From an uncultured archaeon (GTDB lineage Archaea; Altiarchaeota; Altiarchaeia; IMC4; CAZEGI01): DNA of 64,000 nt. Below are positions 1-8,652 of the stretch, piece by piece. The position numbers were made by a program, and so were the translations under genes. The stretch is from positions 15,125 to 79,124 of the forward strand of contig CAZEGI010000002.1 of assembly GCA_964512105.1 (NCBI GenBank), read 5' to 3'. Every line of letters begins with the position of its first letter. The first letter of the stretch is position 1. The notes below the pieces were generated by a model that ran no database searches, was not told where the DNA came from, and was given only the letters and a program-made list of their open reading frames with translations.

Positions 1-51
1 AAAGAAAGTGTTCTATCCCCAAGAAAGAAGGGACGGAATGGGTCTCACGTT
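1..51 (+). mobile_element. 3' part of a hairpin mini-element (family A, type B), truncated by the window edge
   Basis: aaagaaagtgttctatccccaagaaagaa resembles the minus strand of 11094-11194 (aaagaaaaagtgtttcaccctaaaaagaaa) and is likewise followed by a tRNA fragment. Confidence 0.5.
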
Positions 52-87
52 ATCTGCATGTCCTGGGTTCAAATCCCAGCGGGGGCT
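52..87 (+). tRNA. Orphan tRNA 3' half (probably tRNA-Thr-like; duplicated fragment, not an intact gene)
   Basis: TCTGC-ATGTC-CTGGG TTCAAAT CCCAG-CGGGGGC-T = anticodon 3' strand, variable loop, T-arm, acceptor strand with U discriminator; no 5' half in the window. Confidence 0.75.
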
Positions 88-134
88 AACCTTTTTCTTT
101 CTTATATACCCTATCAACAGTTTATTTAATCCAG

Positions 135-1151
135 ATGAAAATCAAACAGATTGTAAACAGAAAGTTCGTGGACGAACTCTACAGGGAGGGTTTTTTGTAC
201 TCCGAGTTCGGGCAGTACGAGCGTAAAGTACATAAAACAAAGATATTCAAGGTTCCATTCGACCCGAAATTCACGTGCCCTAATTGGGATGGCCGCTTGG
301 GGGACAACGGATGTGCGTTTTGCCCTGATTCCGCACGGCAGTTCACGTACGAGAGCTTCAGGGGAGTGCGTGACAAGAGCCTGAAAGAACAGCTTAAGCA
401 TCAGATTTCATATTACCAGAAAAAAGGCGCAGGCGAAAAGGCGCTGGTTTACATTGCATTCGGAACGAACACGTACAGGCCGGTAAAGGATTTGAAGAAA
501 ATTTTTGACAGTGCGCTGAAACACAAGGATGTTATTGGTTTGTCAATAGGGACGAGGCCGGATTGTTTACCTGATGAAGTTCTCGATTTGCTTGGGAGTT
601 ATGTAAAGAATGGATACGAAATCTGGCTGGAAATCGGTCAGCAGACCGTGCATTTCCACACGCTCGATGAAGTGGGCAGACGGCACGGTTTTGCTGAAAG
701 CATTCGCGTTGTGGACGAGGTGCATGAGCGCGGGATTTACGTTTTGTTTTTCAACATTCTCGGGCTGCCGAACGAAACGCCAAGCGAGATGGTCGAAACC
801 GCAAGGATTTTGTCCGCGTTGGGCGTCGATGCGGTGAAACTCTATCCGCTGATAGTCATGAAGAAAACACGAATTGCGAATGACTACCTTGGCGGGAAAT
901 ACCGCCCCCTCGGCTTTCGGGAATACACAAACCTCATAGCGGACTTCCTCGAGCACCTGTCACCGTATGTCCTCATCCAAAGGCTTTCAAAGGACTGCGG
1001 CCTTGAAACGAAACTTGCGCCCGGCTGGAACACCTACCGGAACATCGTCACGCCCATGGTCGAGCGCGAACTCAAAAAAAGGAGCAGCAGGCAGGGAAGC
1101 AGATTCAAACTGACACTTACGGCAGAAGAGTTAAAACCACTAAATGGATGA
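135..1151 (+). CDS. TIGR01212/YhcC-family radical SAM protein
   Basis: FTCPNWDG...GCAFC, SIGTRPDC, EIGQQ, VKLYPL motifs. Confidence 0.9.
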   Translation: MKIKQIVNRKFVDELYREGFLYSEFGQYERKVHKTKIFKVPFDPKFTCPNWDGRLGDNGCAFCPDSARQFTYESFRGVRDKSLKEQLKHQISYYQKKGAGEKALVYIAFGTNTYRPVKDLKKIFDSALKHKDVIGLSIGTRPDCLPDEVLDLLGSYVKNGYEIWLEIGQQTVHFHTLDEVGRRHGFAESIRVVDEVHERGIYVLFFNILGLPNETPSEMVETARILSALGVDAVKLYPLIVMKKTRIANDYLGGKYRPLGFREYTNLIADFLEHLSPYVLIQRLSKDCGLETKLAPGWNTYRNIVTPMVERELKKRSSRQGSRFKLTLTAEELKPLNG

Positions 1152-1189
1152 ATTATATATTTTTAAATAGAGTAACCTAATACATACTT

Positions 1190-1588
1190 ATGCCAATCAG
1201 CAACAACGGTAGATGTATCTGGAACAAGGCTTCGACTAGCAATACCACAGGTGGTAAGTCATTCCCGAGTAACAGGCCTGGAAGTAAGTCAAATGGCTCC
1301 TCTTTTTTGTCGAGGCTCGCCACTTCCACTGGGGCCATGCAGCGGTCCTACCCATCCACCGGTTCTTCAAAGGAGGCCGCTGAGTGCATCAAGAGGCTGC
1401 AGTGGTTTGAGACTGCGTTCAGGAAGGAAGGTGAACAGATCGCCAAGCAGCAGATAAACCTGACCTCGGTCATGAGGAAGATTTCGAACATGACCCTCGA
1501 CCAGGAGATAAGCGCCTCTGCAAAAAAGCAGCTGATGCAGATAAACCAGGAGCTCGCGGAGATAGACAAGGCACTCAGGGAACACTAG
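1190..1588 (+). CDS. Hypothetical protein (S/T/G/N-rich N-terminus, helical coiled-coil-like C-terminus)
   Basis: 132-aa ORF behind an AT-rich TATA-like stretch; fills the gap between genes. Confidence 0.65.
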   Translation: MPISNNGRCIWNKASTSNTTGGKSFPSNRPGSKSNGSSFLSRLATSTGAMQRSYPSTGSSKEAAECIKRLQWFETAFRKEGEQIAKQQINLTSVMRKISNMTLDQEISASAKKQLMQINQELAEIDKALREH

Positions 1589-1857
1589 TTATGCAGTTTT
1601 TTGTAGAATCTGGGAAGACATTTTTTAAATGTCTTATCCAGATCCCTATCCTCCATGAGCATTAACTCGAGGCACAGAACAACTAAATCTGCGGTTTCGA
1701 CAGCCCAGTGCTCGTCTTTGCTTTCATAAAGATGCTCAATCTCCTCGGCATGTTTTTTGATAAAGTCGAGGATTATCTTTTTATCTTTATTTTTCTTTAT
1801 TGACAGTTCCGTTATAGTCCGAACTTCGTTCAAAAAATCATCTGTGAGGACTTTCAT
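1585..1857 (-). CDS. Small MazG-like (all-alpha NTP pyrophosphohydrolase fold) protein
   Basis: HAEEIEHL...ETADLVVLC resembles the EExxE...ExxD pattern. Confidence 0.55.
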   Translation of the reverse strand: MKVLTDDFLNEVRTITELSIKKNKDKKIILDFIKKHAEEIEHLYESKDEHWAVETADLVVLCLELMLMEDRDLDKTFKKCLPRFYKKLHN

Positions 1858-2263
1858 GTTTCTTGTTGTTGGAATTCCTTATCTCCGAACATATCTGGCA
1901 CGGAAGCGGCCCCTTTATGTGTTCGTCGTAAGACCACTTCTTTCCCCACTCCCGCATGCAGTCTATCAGTTTTTCCAGTTCCTTGCCCTTCTTCGTTATC
2001 GTGTATTCGACCCTCACTGGAACTTCATCCGAGTAAACCTTACGGTTCAGGAGGCCCTCGGCGACCATCTCCTGCAATCTGGCAGAGAGCACCTTCGGCG
2101 TTATCTCGTACAATGATTTCAAAATTTCGTTGTATCTGTGCGTCCTGCCCCTGCATTGAAATTCCCGGAGTATCAGGAGGGTCCATTTCTTACCTACAAT
2201 CTCAAGAGTCCTGTGGACGGGACAGTAGTTCTCCAGCTCCGCCTTGCTTATGTTGCTTTCCAT
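1838..2263 (-). CDS. HxlR-family winged-helix transcriptional regulator
   Basis: CPVHRTLEIVGKKWTLLILRE, ITPKVLSARLQEM, PVRVEYTIT. Confidence 0.93.
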   Translation of the reverse strand: MESNISKAELENYCPVHRTLEIVGKKWTLLILREFQCRGRTHRYNEILKSLYEITPKVLSARLQEMVAEGLLNRKVYSDEVPVRVEYTITKKGKELEKLIDCMREWGKKWSYDEHIKGPLPCQICSEIRNSNNKKHESPHR

Positions 2264-2330
2264 GCTATCTGATTGGAAACCAGTATATTTATATAAGTAA
2301 CTATCCTATTTATAGTTTACAGGTGAAAAA

Positions 2331-2579
2331 ATGCGCGGATTGAAGTGCGGAGAATGCGGCAAGAAAATTACTGGGGGTTTTTTGGAGTCGAATATTGACA
2401 AAACCGTTGTGTGTTCAAGGAAATGTGCGGACAAATACAGCGAGAAGTTGCCGTACAAAGGTAAGCCGATTGACCATTATTCGAGGATAACCGGTTACTA
2501 CCAGAACATCAGCGGCTGGAACAAGGGCAAGCTTGCGGAGCTGAGGGACAGGAAGAGGTACAACCTCAAGGACGAATAA
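2331..2579 (+). CDS. Small protein: N-terminal Cys4 zinc finger plus NrdD C-terminal glycyl-radical-like segment
   Basis: CGEC...CSRKC followed by YSRITGYYQNISGWNKGKLAELRDR; SD-like AGGTGA upstream. Confidence 0.8.
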   Translation: MRGLKCGECGKKITGGFLESNIDKTVVCSRKCADKYSEKLPYKGKPIDHYSRITGYYQNISGWNKGKLAELRDRKRYNLKDE

Positions 2580-2821
2580 TGGCCTCAAAAAAACCGCTTG
2601 GCGTTGACGGATGCCCCGGCGCGGACGATATCAAAAGACCAAAACCCGAGCTAAGAACATGCCCGGGATGCGGTTCCGAAATCGAAATATGGAGTGACGA
2701 GGAAAACGCAAATTGCGGAAAATGCGGAAAAACAGTATACAACGACAGGAATCTATGCGTTCAGTGGTGCGAGCATGTGGAAAAATGCATCGGGAACACA
2801 AAAAACAGCAAAAAACCGTAA
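2579..2821 (+). CDS. Small Cys-rich zinc-ribbon protein
   Basis: CPG...CPGCGSEIEIWSDE...CGKCG...CVQWC...C; TAATG coupling to the upstream ORF. Confidence 0.8.
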   Translation: MASKKPLGVDGCPGADDIKRPKPELRTCPGCGSEIEIWSDEENANCGKCGKTVYNDRNLCVQWCEHVEKCIGNTKNSKKP

Positions 2822-2883
2822 AGTAGCCATTTTTAAAGGGTGCCGCCTTATATTTAAGTCCTCGTTCTTTTATGGTGGTTGGA

Positions 2884-3036
2884 ATGGGAAAATTTAAGGT
2901 TGTTGACGGTAACAAGGTCGTTACCTTTGAGACAGGGTCTCACTCGGAGGACGTGGAGTTAATGCGCAAACTCCTGGGTGAGGGTAAAAAATTCACTTAC
3001 GAGAAGTTCGGTAAAACGATGGCTTATGGGGGCTAA
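2884..3036 (+). CDS. Putative 50-aa protein (MGKFKVVDGNKVVTFETGSHSEDVELMRKLLGEGKKFTYEKFGKTMAYGG)
   Basis: Open ATG-TAA frame below the ORF-track cutoff; SD-like GGTGG upstream; fills the intergenic gap. Confidence 0.6.
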   Translation: MGKFKVVDGNKVVTFETGSHSEDVELMRKLLGEGKKFTYEKFGKTMAYGG

Positions 3037-3066
3037 GTATTTTTACCCCCTCTTGTAATTTCTATC

Positions 3067-3840
3067 ATGGCAGATTTGCTTCAGGCATTGCTTCTCGGCG
3101 TAGTGCAGGGCATTACCGAGTGGCTGCCGGTTTCGAGTTCCGGGCATCTCGTTATCGCACAACAGGTTTTTGGAATAAACGTGCCGCTGCTCTTCGACAT
3201 AGCGCTCCATGTCGGGACTTTGCTCGCGGTGGTGCTGTTTTTCCACGATGAGGTAAAAAAACTGCTGGGTTCTCTTCTGAAACTCGATTTCAGGAGCGAG
3301 TACGGGAGATTATTATTCTTTATAATACTCGCGAGCATTCCAACAGCACTTATCGGCTTTGCATTTCATGATTTATTTGAGAGTTTCTTCTCAAGTTTGC
3401 TTGCGGTCGGAATTGCGCTCGTCATTACGGGATTCATTTTGTTCATCAGTGAGAAAAAATCGGGAAACCGCGAAATCACGTTTCTGGATTCACTACTCAT
3501 CGGAATCTCCCAGGGAATCACAATAATTCCCGGAATATCGAGAAGCGGCATCACCATAAGCACGGGACTCCTGAGGGGCATCGACAGGACAAAGGCCGCG
3601 AAGTTTTCCTTCCTGCTTTCGATTCCGGCAATCATCGGGGCTGCTTTGCTGGAATACAACTGGACGGGATTCACGGGTGTTGATACTGCTGCACTTCTTG
3701 TAGGTACGGCGTCGGCTTTTGTTTCCGGTTACTTTTCAATAAAATTCCTGTTAAATCTCATCGTGCGTAAGAAATTCCACGACTTTGCGTATTACTGCTG
3801 GCTTCTCGGTTTTATCGTAGTGGTGCTTGCACTCAGATAA
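3067..3840 (+). CDS. uppP: BacA/UppP-family polyprenyl-diphosphate phosphatase
   Basis: QGITEWLPVSSSGHL and PGISRSGITI motifs; multi-TM. Confidence 0.95.
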   Translation: MADLLQALLLGVVQGITEWLPVSSSGHLVIAQQVFGINVPLLFDIALHVGTLLAVVLFFHDEVKKLLGSLLKLDFRSEYGRLLFFIILASIPTALIGFAFHDLFESFFSSLLAVGIALVITGFILFISEKKSGNREITFLDSLLIGISQGITIIPGISRSGITISTGLLRGIDRTKAAKFSFLLSIPAIIGAALLEYNWTGFTGVDTAALLVGTASAFVSGYFSIKFLLNLIVRKKFHDFAYYCWLLGFIVVVLALR

Positions 3841-3923
3841 TTTTTAATACAATATAAATTTGCCGGGTGAGTTACCTTTTGGAAACCTGCATGCTTTTAA
3901 GGTTTTCCTCCAATTTTTGAAAG

Positions 3924-4424
3924 ATGAAAATCACGGACATACTAAAAACCGCCATGGTTCTGGAAGAGGACGGCAGGGCGTTCTACCTGAAATGCGCTGA
4001 AAAAACTGAAAACCCGAAAGGTAAAGAGATGTTCTTGTATCTCGCGGGCGAGGAGGAGAGGCACTACAAAAAACTGGGAGGAAAATACAAGGAGCACGCG
4101 GGCAGGGCAGCGAAAATAACAGACAGCGACAGGAAAAATGTGGCGAAAAAAGAGCATGTGCATATACTGAAGAGCGTTTTTGACAGGAAGAAAATAAAGA
4201 TAAAGTCAGATATTCTCGACGCGTTGAACAAGGGCTCAGAGGCTGAACGCAAAAGTATCGAGGTTTACGGAAAATTTGAAAAATCTTCAGACGACGATGC
4301 CCTGAAGAAACTTTTCAGGTGGCTCATAAAGGAGGAGGAAAACCACCTTGCGATTCTCGAAATGGAATATGAGTTCGTTACCGAGACGGGTGAATGGCAC
4401 GATTTCGGTGTTGTAACATCATGA
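3924..4424 (+). CDS. Rubrerythrin/ferritin-like di-iron protein
   Basis: Duplicated E...FY...EExxH motifs (EEERH, EEENH). Confidence 0.88.
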   Translation: MKITDILKTAMVLEEDGRAFYLKCAEKTENPKGKEMFLYLAGEEERHYKKLGGKYKEHAGRAAKITDSDRKNVAKKEHVHILKSVFDRKKIKIKSDILDALNKGSEAERKSIEVYGKFEKSSDDDALKKLFRWLIKEEENHLAILEMEYEFVTETGEWHDFGVVTS

Positions 4425-4433
4425 GGTGCAAAA

Positions 4434-4487
4434 ATGGGATGCGGCGGATGCTGCGGACCTGCTAAAAAGAAAAAGAAAAAAGCCTAA
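4434..4487 (+). CDS. Putative 17-aa micropeptide MGCGGCCGPAKKKKKKA
   Basis: Strong SD GAGGTG just upstream; stop ends 2 nt before the iscU ATG; fills the intergenic gap. Confidence 0.6.
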   Translation: MGCGGCCGPAKKKKKKA

Positions 4488-4489
4488 GA

Positions 4490-5065
4490 ATGTACTCAAA
4501 GAAGGTGATGGAGCACTTCCAGAATCCAAAGAATAAGGGCAGACTGGAGGATGCAGATGCTATGGGTAAGGTCGGAAACCCAGTGTGCGGCGACATAATG
4601 TACATCTACATAAAGGTCAAAGATGACAGAATCGCTGATATAAGTTTTGAGACTATGGGCTGCGCTGCTGCGATAGCCACAAGCAGCATGATAACGGAAC
4701 TTGCCAAGGGCAAGACGCTGGACGAGGCAATGAAAATCACACGCAATGACGTTGCCGACGCTCTTGATGGTCTGCCGCCCATAAAGATGCACTGCAGCAA
4801 TCTTGCGGCAGACGGGCTGCACAAGGCGATTGAAAACTACCGCTCTGGAATCAAGGAAGGTCCATCAAAGGAAGATGTGTTGAAGGAATTCCAAAAAATT
4901 CCTGGTGTGGACAAAAAAATCGCCAATCTGCTGTGGGACGCAGGTTTTATCGGCATGGACGAAGTCAGGAGAACCAGCAGCATTGAGCTGATGGGCGTGA
5001 AGGGCCTGAATGCAGAACTGATAAAAAAAATCAAGGATTATGTTGGTGGTTCCCATGACCACTGA
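4490..5065 (+). CDS. iscU: Fe-S scaffold IscU/NifU with C-terminal helix-hairpin-helix extension
   Basis: YSKKVMEHF, GNPVCGD, GCAAAIA, PPIKMHCS; tail KIPGV...GVKGL. Confidence 0.93.
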   Translation: MYSKKVMEHFQNPKNKGRLEDADAMGKVGNPVCGDIMYIYIKVKDDRIADISFETMGCAAAIATSSMITELAKGKTLDEAMKITRNDVADALDGLPPIKMHCSNLAADGLHKAIENYRSGIKEGPSKEDVLKEFQKIPGVDKKIANLLWDAGFIGMDEVRRTSSIELMGVKGLNAELIKKIKDYVGGSHDH

Positions 5066-6224
5066 AAGGCAGGTATATCTGGACCATGGGGCTACAACTC
5101 CCGTAGACCTCGAAGTTGTAAAGGCGATGTTACCTTATTTTACCGAAAGATTCGGCAATGCGTCAAGTTTGCATACTCCAGGAACTATCGCGAGGGAAGC
5201 GATAGAGAACGCAAGAGGCATTCTCTCAAAGTTCCTTAATTCCAAAGAGGACGAAATCATATTCACATCCAGCGGTACAGAATCCGACAACCTTGCAATA
5301 AAGGGCGCAGCGTTCAAAAACCAGGACAAGGGCAGGCACATAATAACCTCAAGCATAGAGCATCCCGCAGTATTGAAAACATGCGAATTTCTGGAGAAAC
5401 ACGGGTTTGAGGTTACATATCTACCTGTAAGCAGAGACGGTTTCGTTAGCGTTGATGACGTAAAAAAAGCAATAAGGAAAGACACCATACTCATCTCGAT
5501 AATGTACGCAAACAACGAGATAGGAACAATCCAGCCGATAGCAGAAATAGGAAAACTTGCGAGGGAAAAAGGAATCATATTCCACACGGATGCCGTGCAG
5601 GCAGTGGGCAAATTAAAGATTGACGTTGAAAAGGACAATATCGATTTACTTTCACTGTCCGGCCACAAGATTCATGGTCCAAAGGGCGTTGGTGCGTTGT
5701 ACAAAAGAAAGGAAATACAGCTGGAGCCGCTGATGCACGGTGGCGGCCACGAGTTCGGCCTGAGGTCATCAACGGAAAACGTCCCCGGAATTGTCGGTCT
5801 TGGAAAGGCCATAGAGATATGCGGCAAGAACATGAATTCGGAAATCCAGAGAATGACAAAACTGAGGGACAAGCTGATTGACGGCATACTCAGAAATATT
5901 CCTGACACGAGACTTAACGGTTCACGTAAAAATAGGCTTCCAAACAACGCGAACATAACCTTCAGCCATATCGAGGGCGAGTCAATCCTCCTGAGCCTTG
6001 ATGCAAAAGGAATTTCAGTCTCCACAGGATCTGCATGTTCGTCCAAATCGCTGAAGCCATCGCATGTCCTGCTCGCCTTGGGTCTGAAGCCAGAAGAATC
6101 CCACGGGTCGATACGCTTTACACTCGGTCGGTTTACCACTGCAGAAGACATAGACTATGTCCTTGAGACATTGCCAGAAATAGTCAAAAAACTCCGCGAC
6201 CTAAGCCCCTTTGGAAAAAAGTAA
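5055..6224 (+). CDS. iscS: Cysteine desulfurase IscS/NifS
   Basis: YLDHGATT, SGHKIHGPKG (PLP Lys), STGSACSS; ATG 5055 after GGTGGT preferred to the track start. Confidence 0.96.
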   Translation: MTTERQVYLDHGATTPVDLEVVKAMLPYFTERFGNASSLHTPGTIAREAIENARGILSKFLNSKEDEIIFTSSGTESDNLAIKGAAFKNQDKGRHIITSSIEHPAVLKTCEFLEKHGFEVTYLPVSRDGFVSVDDVKKAIRKDTILISIMYANNEIGTIQPIAEIGKLAREKGIIFHTDAVQAVGKLKIDVEKDNIDLLSLSGHKIHGPKGVGALYKRKEIQLEPLMHGGGHEFGLRSSTENVPGIVGLGKAIEICGKNMNSEIQRMTKLRDKLIDGILRNIPDTRLNGSRKNRLPNNANITFSHIEGESILLSLDAKGISVSTGSACSSKSLKPSHVLLALGLKPEESHGSIRFTLGRFTTAEDIDYVLETLPEIVKKLRDLSPFGKK

Positions 6225-8603
6225 ATTGCAGGATTCAACGTTCGATTCCCCTATCCGAAGGTTCTTTACCTTTCCCGTACCCTTGATGTCGTCCTTGACT
6301 TTTTCAACGGTCTTCTTCAATTTTGGATTTACCTGCAATGTCAGATTCTCAAGTTCACTTCCAAGTGAAAGGTTGTTCTCGGATTTGTGTTTTCTTATTT
6401 TCACTATGACGTCCCTTGCGAGTTCTCCTGCCGATTCCGCATCTTTGTTTATCATTTTTTCGTCATATTCCGGCCACTCGGAAGTTGTTGCAAGCCCGTC
6501 CTTAAACGTCTCGCCCCATATCTCATCGCATATGTGCGGCGTTATGGGTGCAAGCAGGCCGAGAATCGTCCTGAGTGTTGTGTGAAGCGTGTATTGCGCT
6601 CCCTTTCGTGAGTTTTCCCCGTAAATCTCGGGCTTGTAGAGGCGGTGTTTCACCATCTCCAGATAATCGTCAGCAAGTTCGTGCCATACAAAACTCCGGA
6701 TCTGCATTAAAGGCGTGTTGAAGACATATCTGTCAAGGTCCTCTGTGCATGTCTTTACCAGTCTCTGCAACTTCGATAAAATCCATCTGTCAGTTTCAGT
6801 TAGTTCGCCCTTCTCACCTTTGTAGTCCTCCAGATGCATGCCCATGAACCTTGATATGTTCCAAAGTTTTGTCAGGAATCTTTGCGAGTGTTCGCATTCC
6901 TCCCAGCTGAACGGATAATCATCACCCAGAGTTCCGGCAGCAGCCCACTGCCGCAGGGCGTCTGCAGAATACTTCATCAGCGGCTCTTCAGGTGAAATCA
7001 CATTGCCCAGGCTTTTGCTCATCTTTCTGCCGTCAGGGCCCGCAATCATACCATTAATCATAAGATCTTCAAAGCATCCTCTGCCTGTCAGTATTAGGTT
7101 TCTGAATATCGTGTAAAACGTCCATGTTCGTATTATTTCGTAACCCTGCGGCCTGAGCGTTGCGGGATACGTTTTCTTGAAGAAGTTTTCATCAACGCCC
7201 CAGTTCGCAATCCTCAGCGGGGTTACGGACGAATCAACCCAGCAGTCGCAGACGTCCTTTTCGCCTATTCCGTTTTTGCCGCATTTTGAGCACTTGCGTG
7301 TCGTGCCGCGCGGGTCCACAGGAAGTTCGCTCTCCTTTGCAGGCATGACATTTCCGCATCCGCATACCCAGAACGGTATCGGCGTTCCGAACACGCGCTG
7401 CCTCGAAATTATCCAGTCCCAGTTCATGGATTCTGTCCAGTCCACAAGGCGCTGGAGCATGTAGCTTGGGTACCAGTTCATGTTTCTTGAGGTTTCAACA
7501 ATCTCGTCCAAAAATTCCCGCACCTTTATGAACCACTGCTCCATCGGCAGAAGTTCTATCGGGTTCTTGCACGATTCGCGTTCCGTGTGGCATACAACGT
7601 TGTGTTTCAGCGGCTCGATTTTTCTTATCACGCCTGAATTTTCGAGGTCCTCCACAAGTTTTTTCCGCGCCTCCTCGATCTTCATCCCCTTGTACTTTCC
7701 GCACACATCCGTCATCCTTCCGTTCCCGTCTATGGCGACCACCACCGGAAGTTCGTACTTCTTCTGCCACTCGATGTCCTGCTCGTCACCGAAGGTGCAG
7801 AGATACACGACACCGGTGCCGAATTCCATGTCCACCGCGCTATCTTCAAGAATCGGAACCTCGCGGTTGAATATAGGCAGCTTCGCTTTCCTGCCTACAA
7901 ATTTTTTGTAACGAGCGTCATCGGGATGCACGAAAACCGCGACGCACGCGGGCATCATCTCCGGGCGCGTTGTGGCTATGGTGAGTTTTTTGCCGTCAGA
8001 TTCAAGGTCAAGGTGATACAGCTTACCGTCCTTTTCAACGTAACCGACCTCGGCCTTCGCAAGCGCGGTGCCGCATCTTGTGCACCACAGCACGGGGTGT
8101 TTCTCCCTGTAAAGCAGACCCTTCCCGTAAAAAATCAGCAGCGTTTTCTGGACTAGTTTCTTGTAGCTATCGTCCATCGTGCGGTAGCTGTAATCCCAGT
8201 CCGTGGAATAACCAATGGATTGAAACTGGCTCTTCATCCGCTTTATCGCGTTCTCGGTCCATTCAATGCACTTTGCCAGAAATTCCTCCCTGTTGTCCTT
8301 GCTTATCCTGAAGCCCTTTTCGACGTTCAGTTCCGTGGGCAGGCCGTGACAGTCAAAACCCTGCGGCAGGTAAACGTTAAAGCCGCGCATTCTCTTGTAC
8401 CTTGCAACGATGTCAATCCAGACGTGGTTGTAGATGTGACCCATGTGCAGCGTCCCGGACGTGAACGGCGGCGGCGTGTCTATGGAATAAACCTTCTTCG
8501 CATTCCTTACATCGAACCTGTGCGTTCCGCGTTTTTCCCATTCGTGCTGCCACTTCCCCTCGACTTCCTTTGCGTTGTAGTTTTTTGCTAAGATATCAAT
8601 CAC
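6201..8603 (-). CDS. valS: Valine-tRNA ligase (archaeal type)
   Basis: DTPPP...HMGH, KMSKS; start uncertain (GTG 8603 chosen; the track start overlaps the divergent dph6). Confidence 0.95.
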   Translation of the reverse strand: MIDILAKNYNAKEVEGKWQHEWEKRGTHRFDVRNAKKVYSIDTPPPFTSGTLHMGHIYNHVWIDIVARYKRMRGFNVYLPQGFDCHGLPTELNVEKGFRISKDNREEFLAKCIEWTENAIKRMKSQFQSIGYSTDWDYSYRTMDDSYKKLVQKTLLIFYGKGLLYREKHPVLWCTRCGTALAKAEVGYVEKDGKLYHLDLESDGKKLTIATTRPEMMPACVAVFVHPDDARYKKFVGRKAKLPIFNREVPILEDSAVDMEFGTGVVYLCTFGDEQDIEWQKKYELPVVVAIDGNGRMTDVCGKYKGMKIEEARKKLVEDLENSGVIRKIEPLKHNVVCHTERESCKNPIELLPMEQWFIKVREFLDEIVETSRNMNWYPSYMLQRLVDWTESMNWDWIISRQRVFGTPIPFWVCGCGNVMPAKESELPVDPRGTTRKCSKCGKNGIGEKDVCDCWVDSSVTPLRIANWGVDENFFKKTYPATLRPQGYEIIRTWTFYTIFRNLILTGRGCFEDLMINGMIAGPDGRKMSKSLGNVISPEEPLMKYSADALRQWAAAGTLGDDYPFSWEECEHSQRFLTKLWNISRFMGMHLEDYKGEKGELTETDRWILSKLQRLVKTCTEDLDRYVFNTPLMQIRSFVWHELADDYLEMVKHRLYKPEIYGENSRKGAQYTLHTTLRTILGLLAPITPHICDEIWGETFKDGLATTSEWPEYDEKMINKDAESAGELARDVIVKIRKHKSENNLSLGSELENLTLQVNPKLKKTVEKVKDDIKGTGKVKNLRIGESNVESCNLLFSKGA

Positions 8604-8652
8604 CGGAATATCTTTATTATAGTAACGGTTTAAATAAAATACTTGAACTAAA

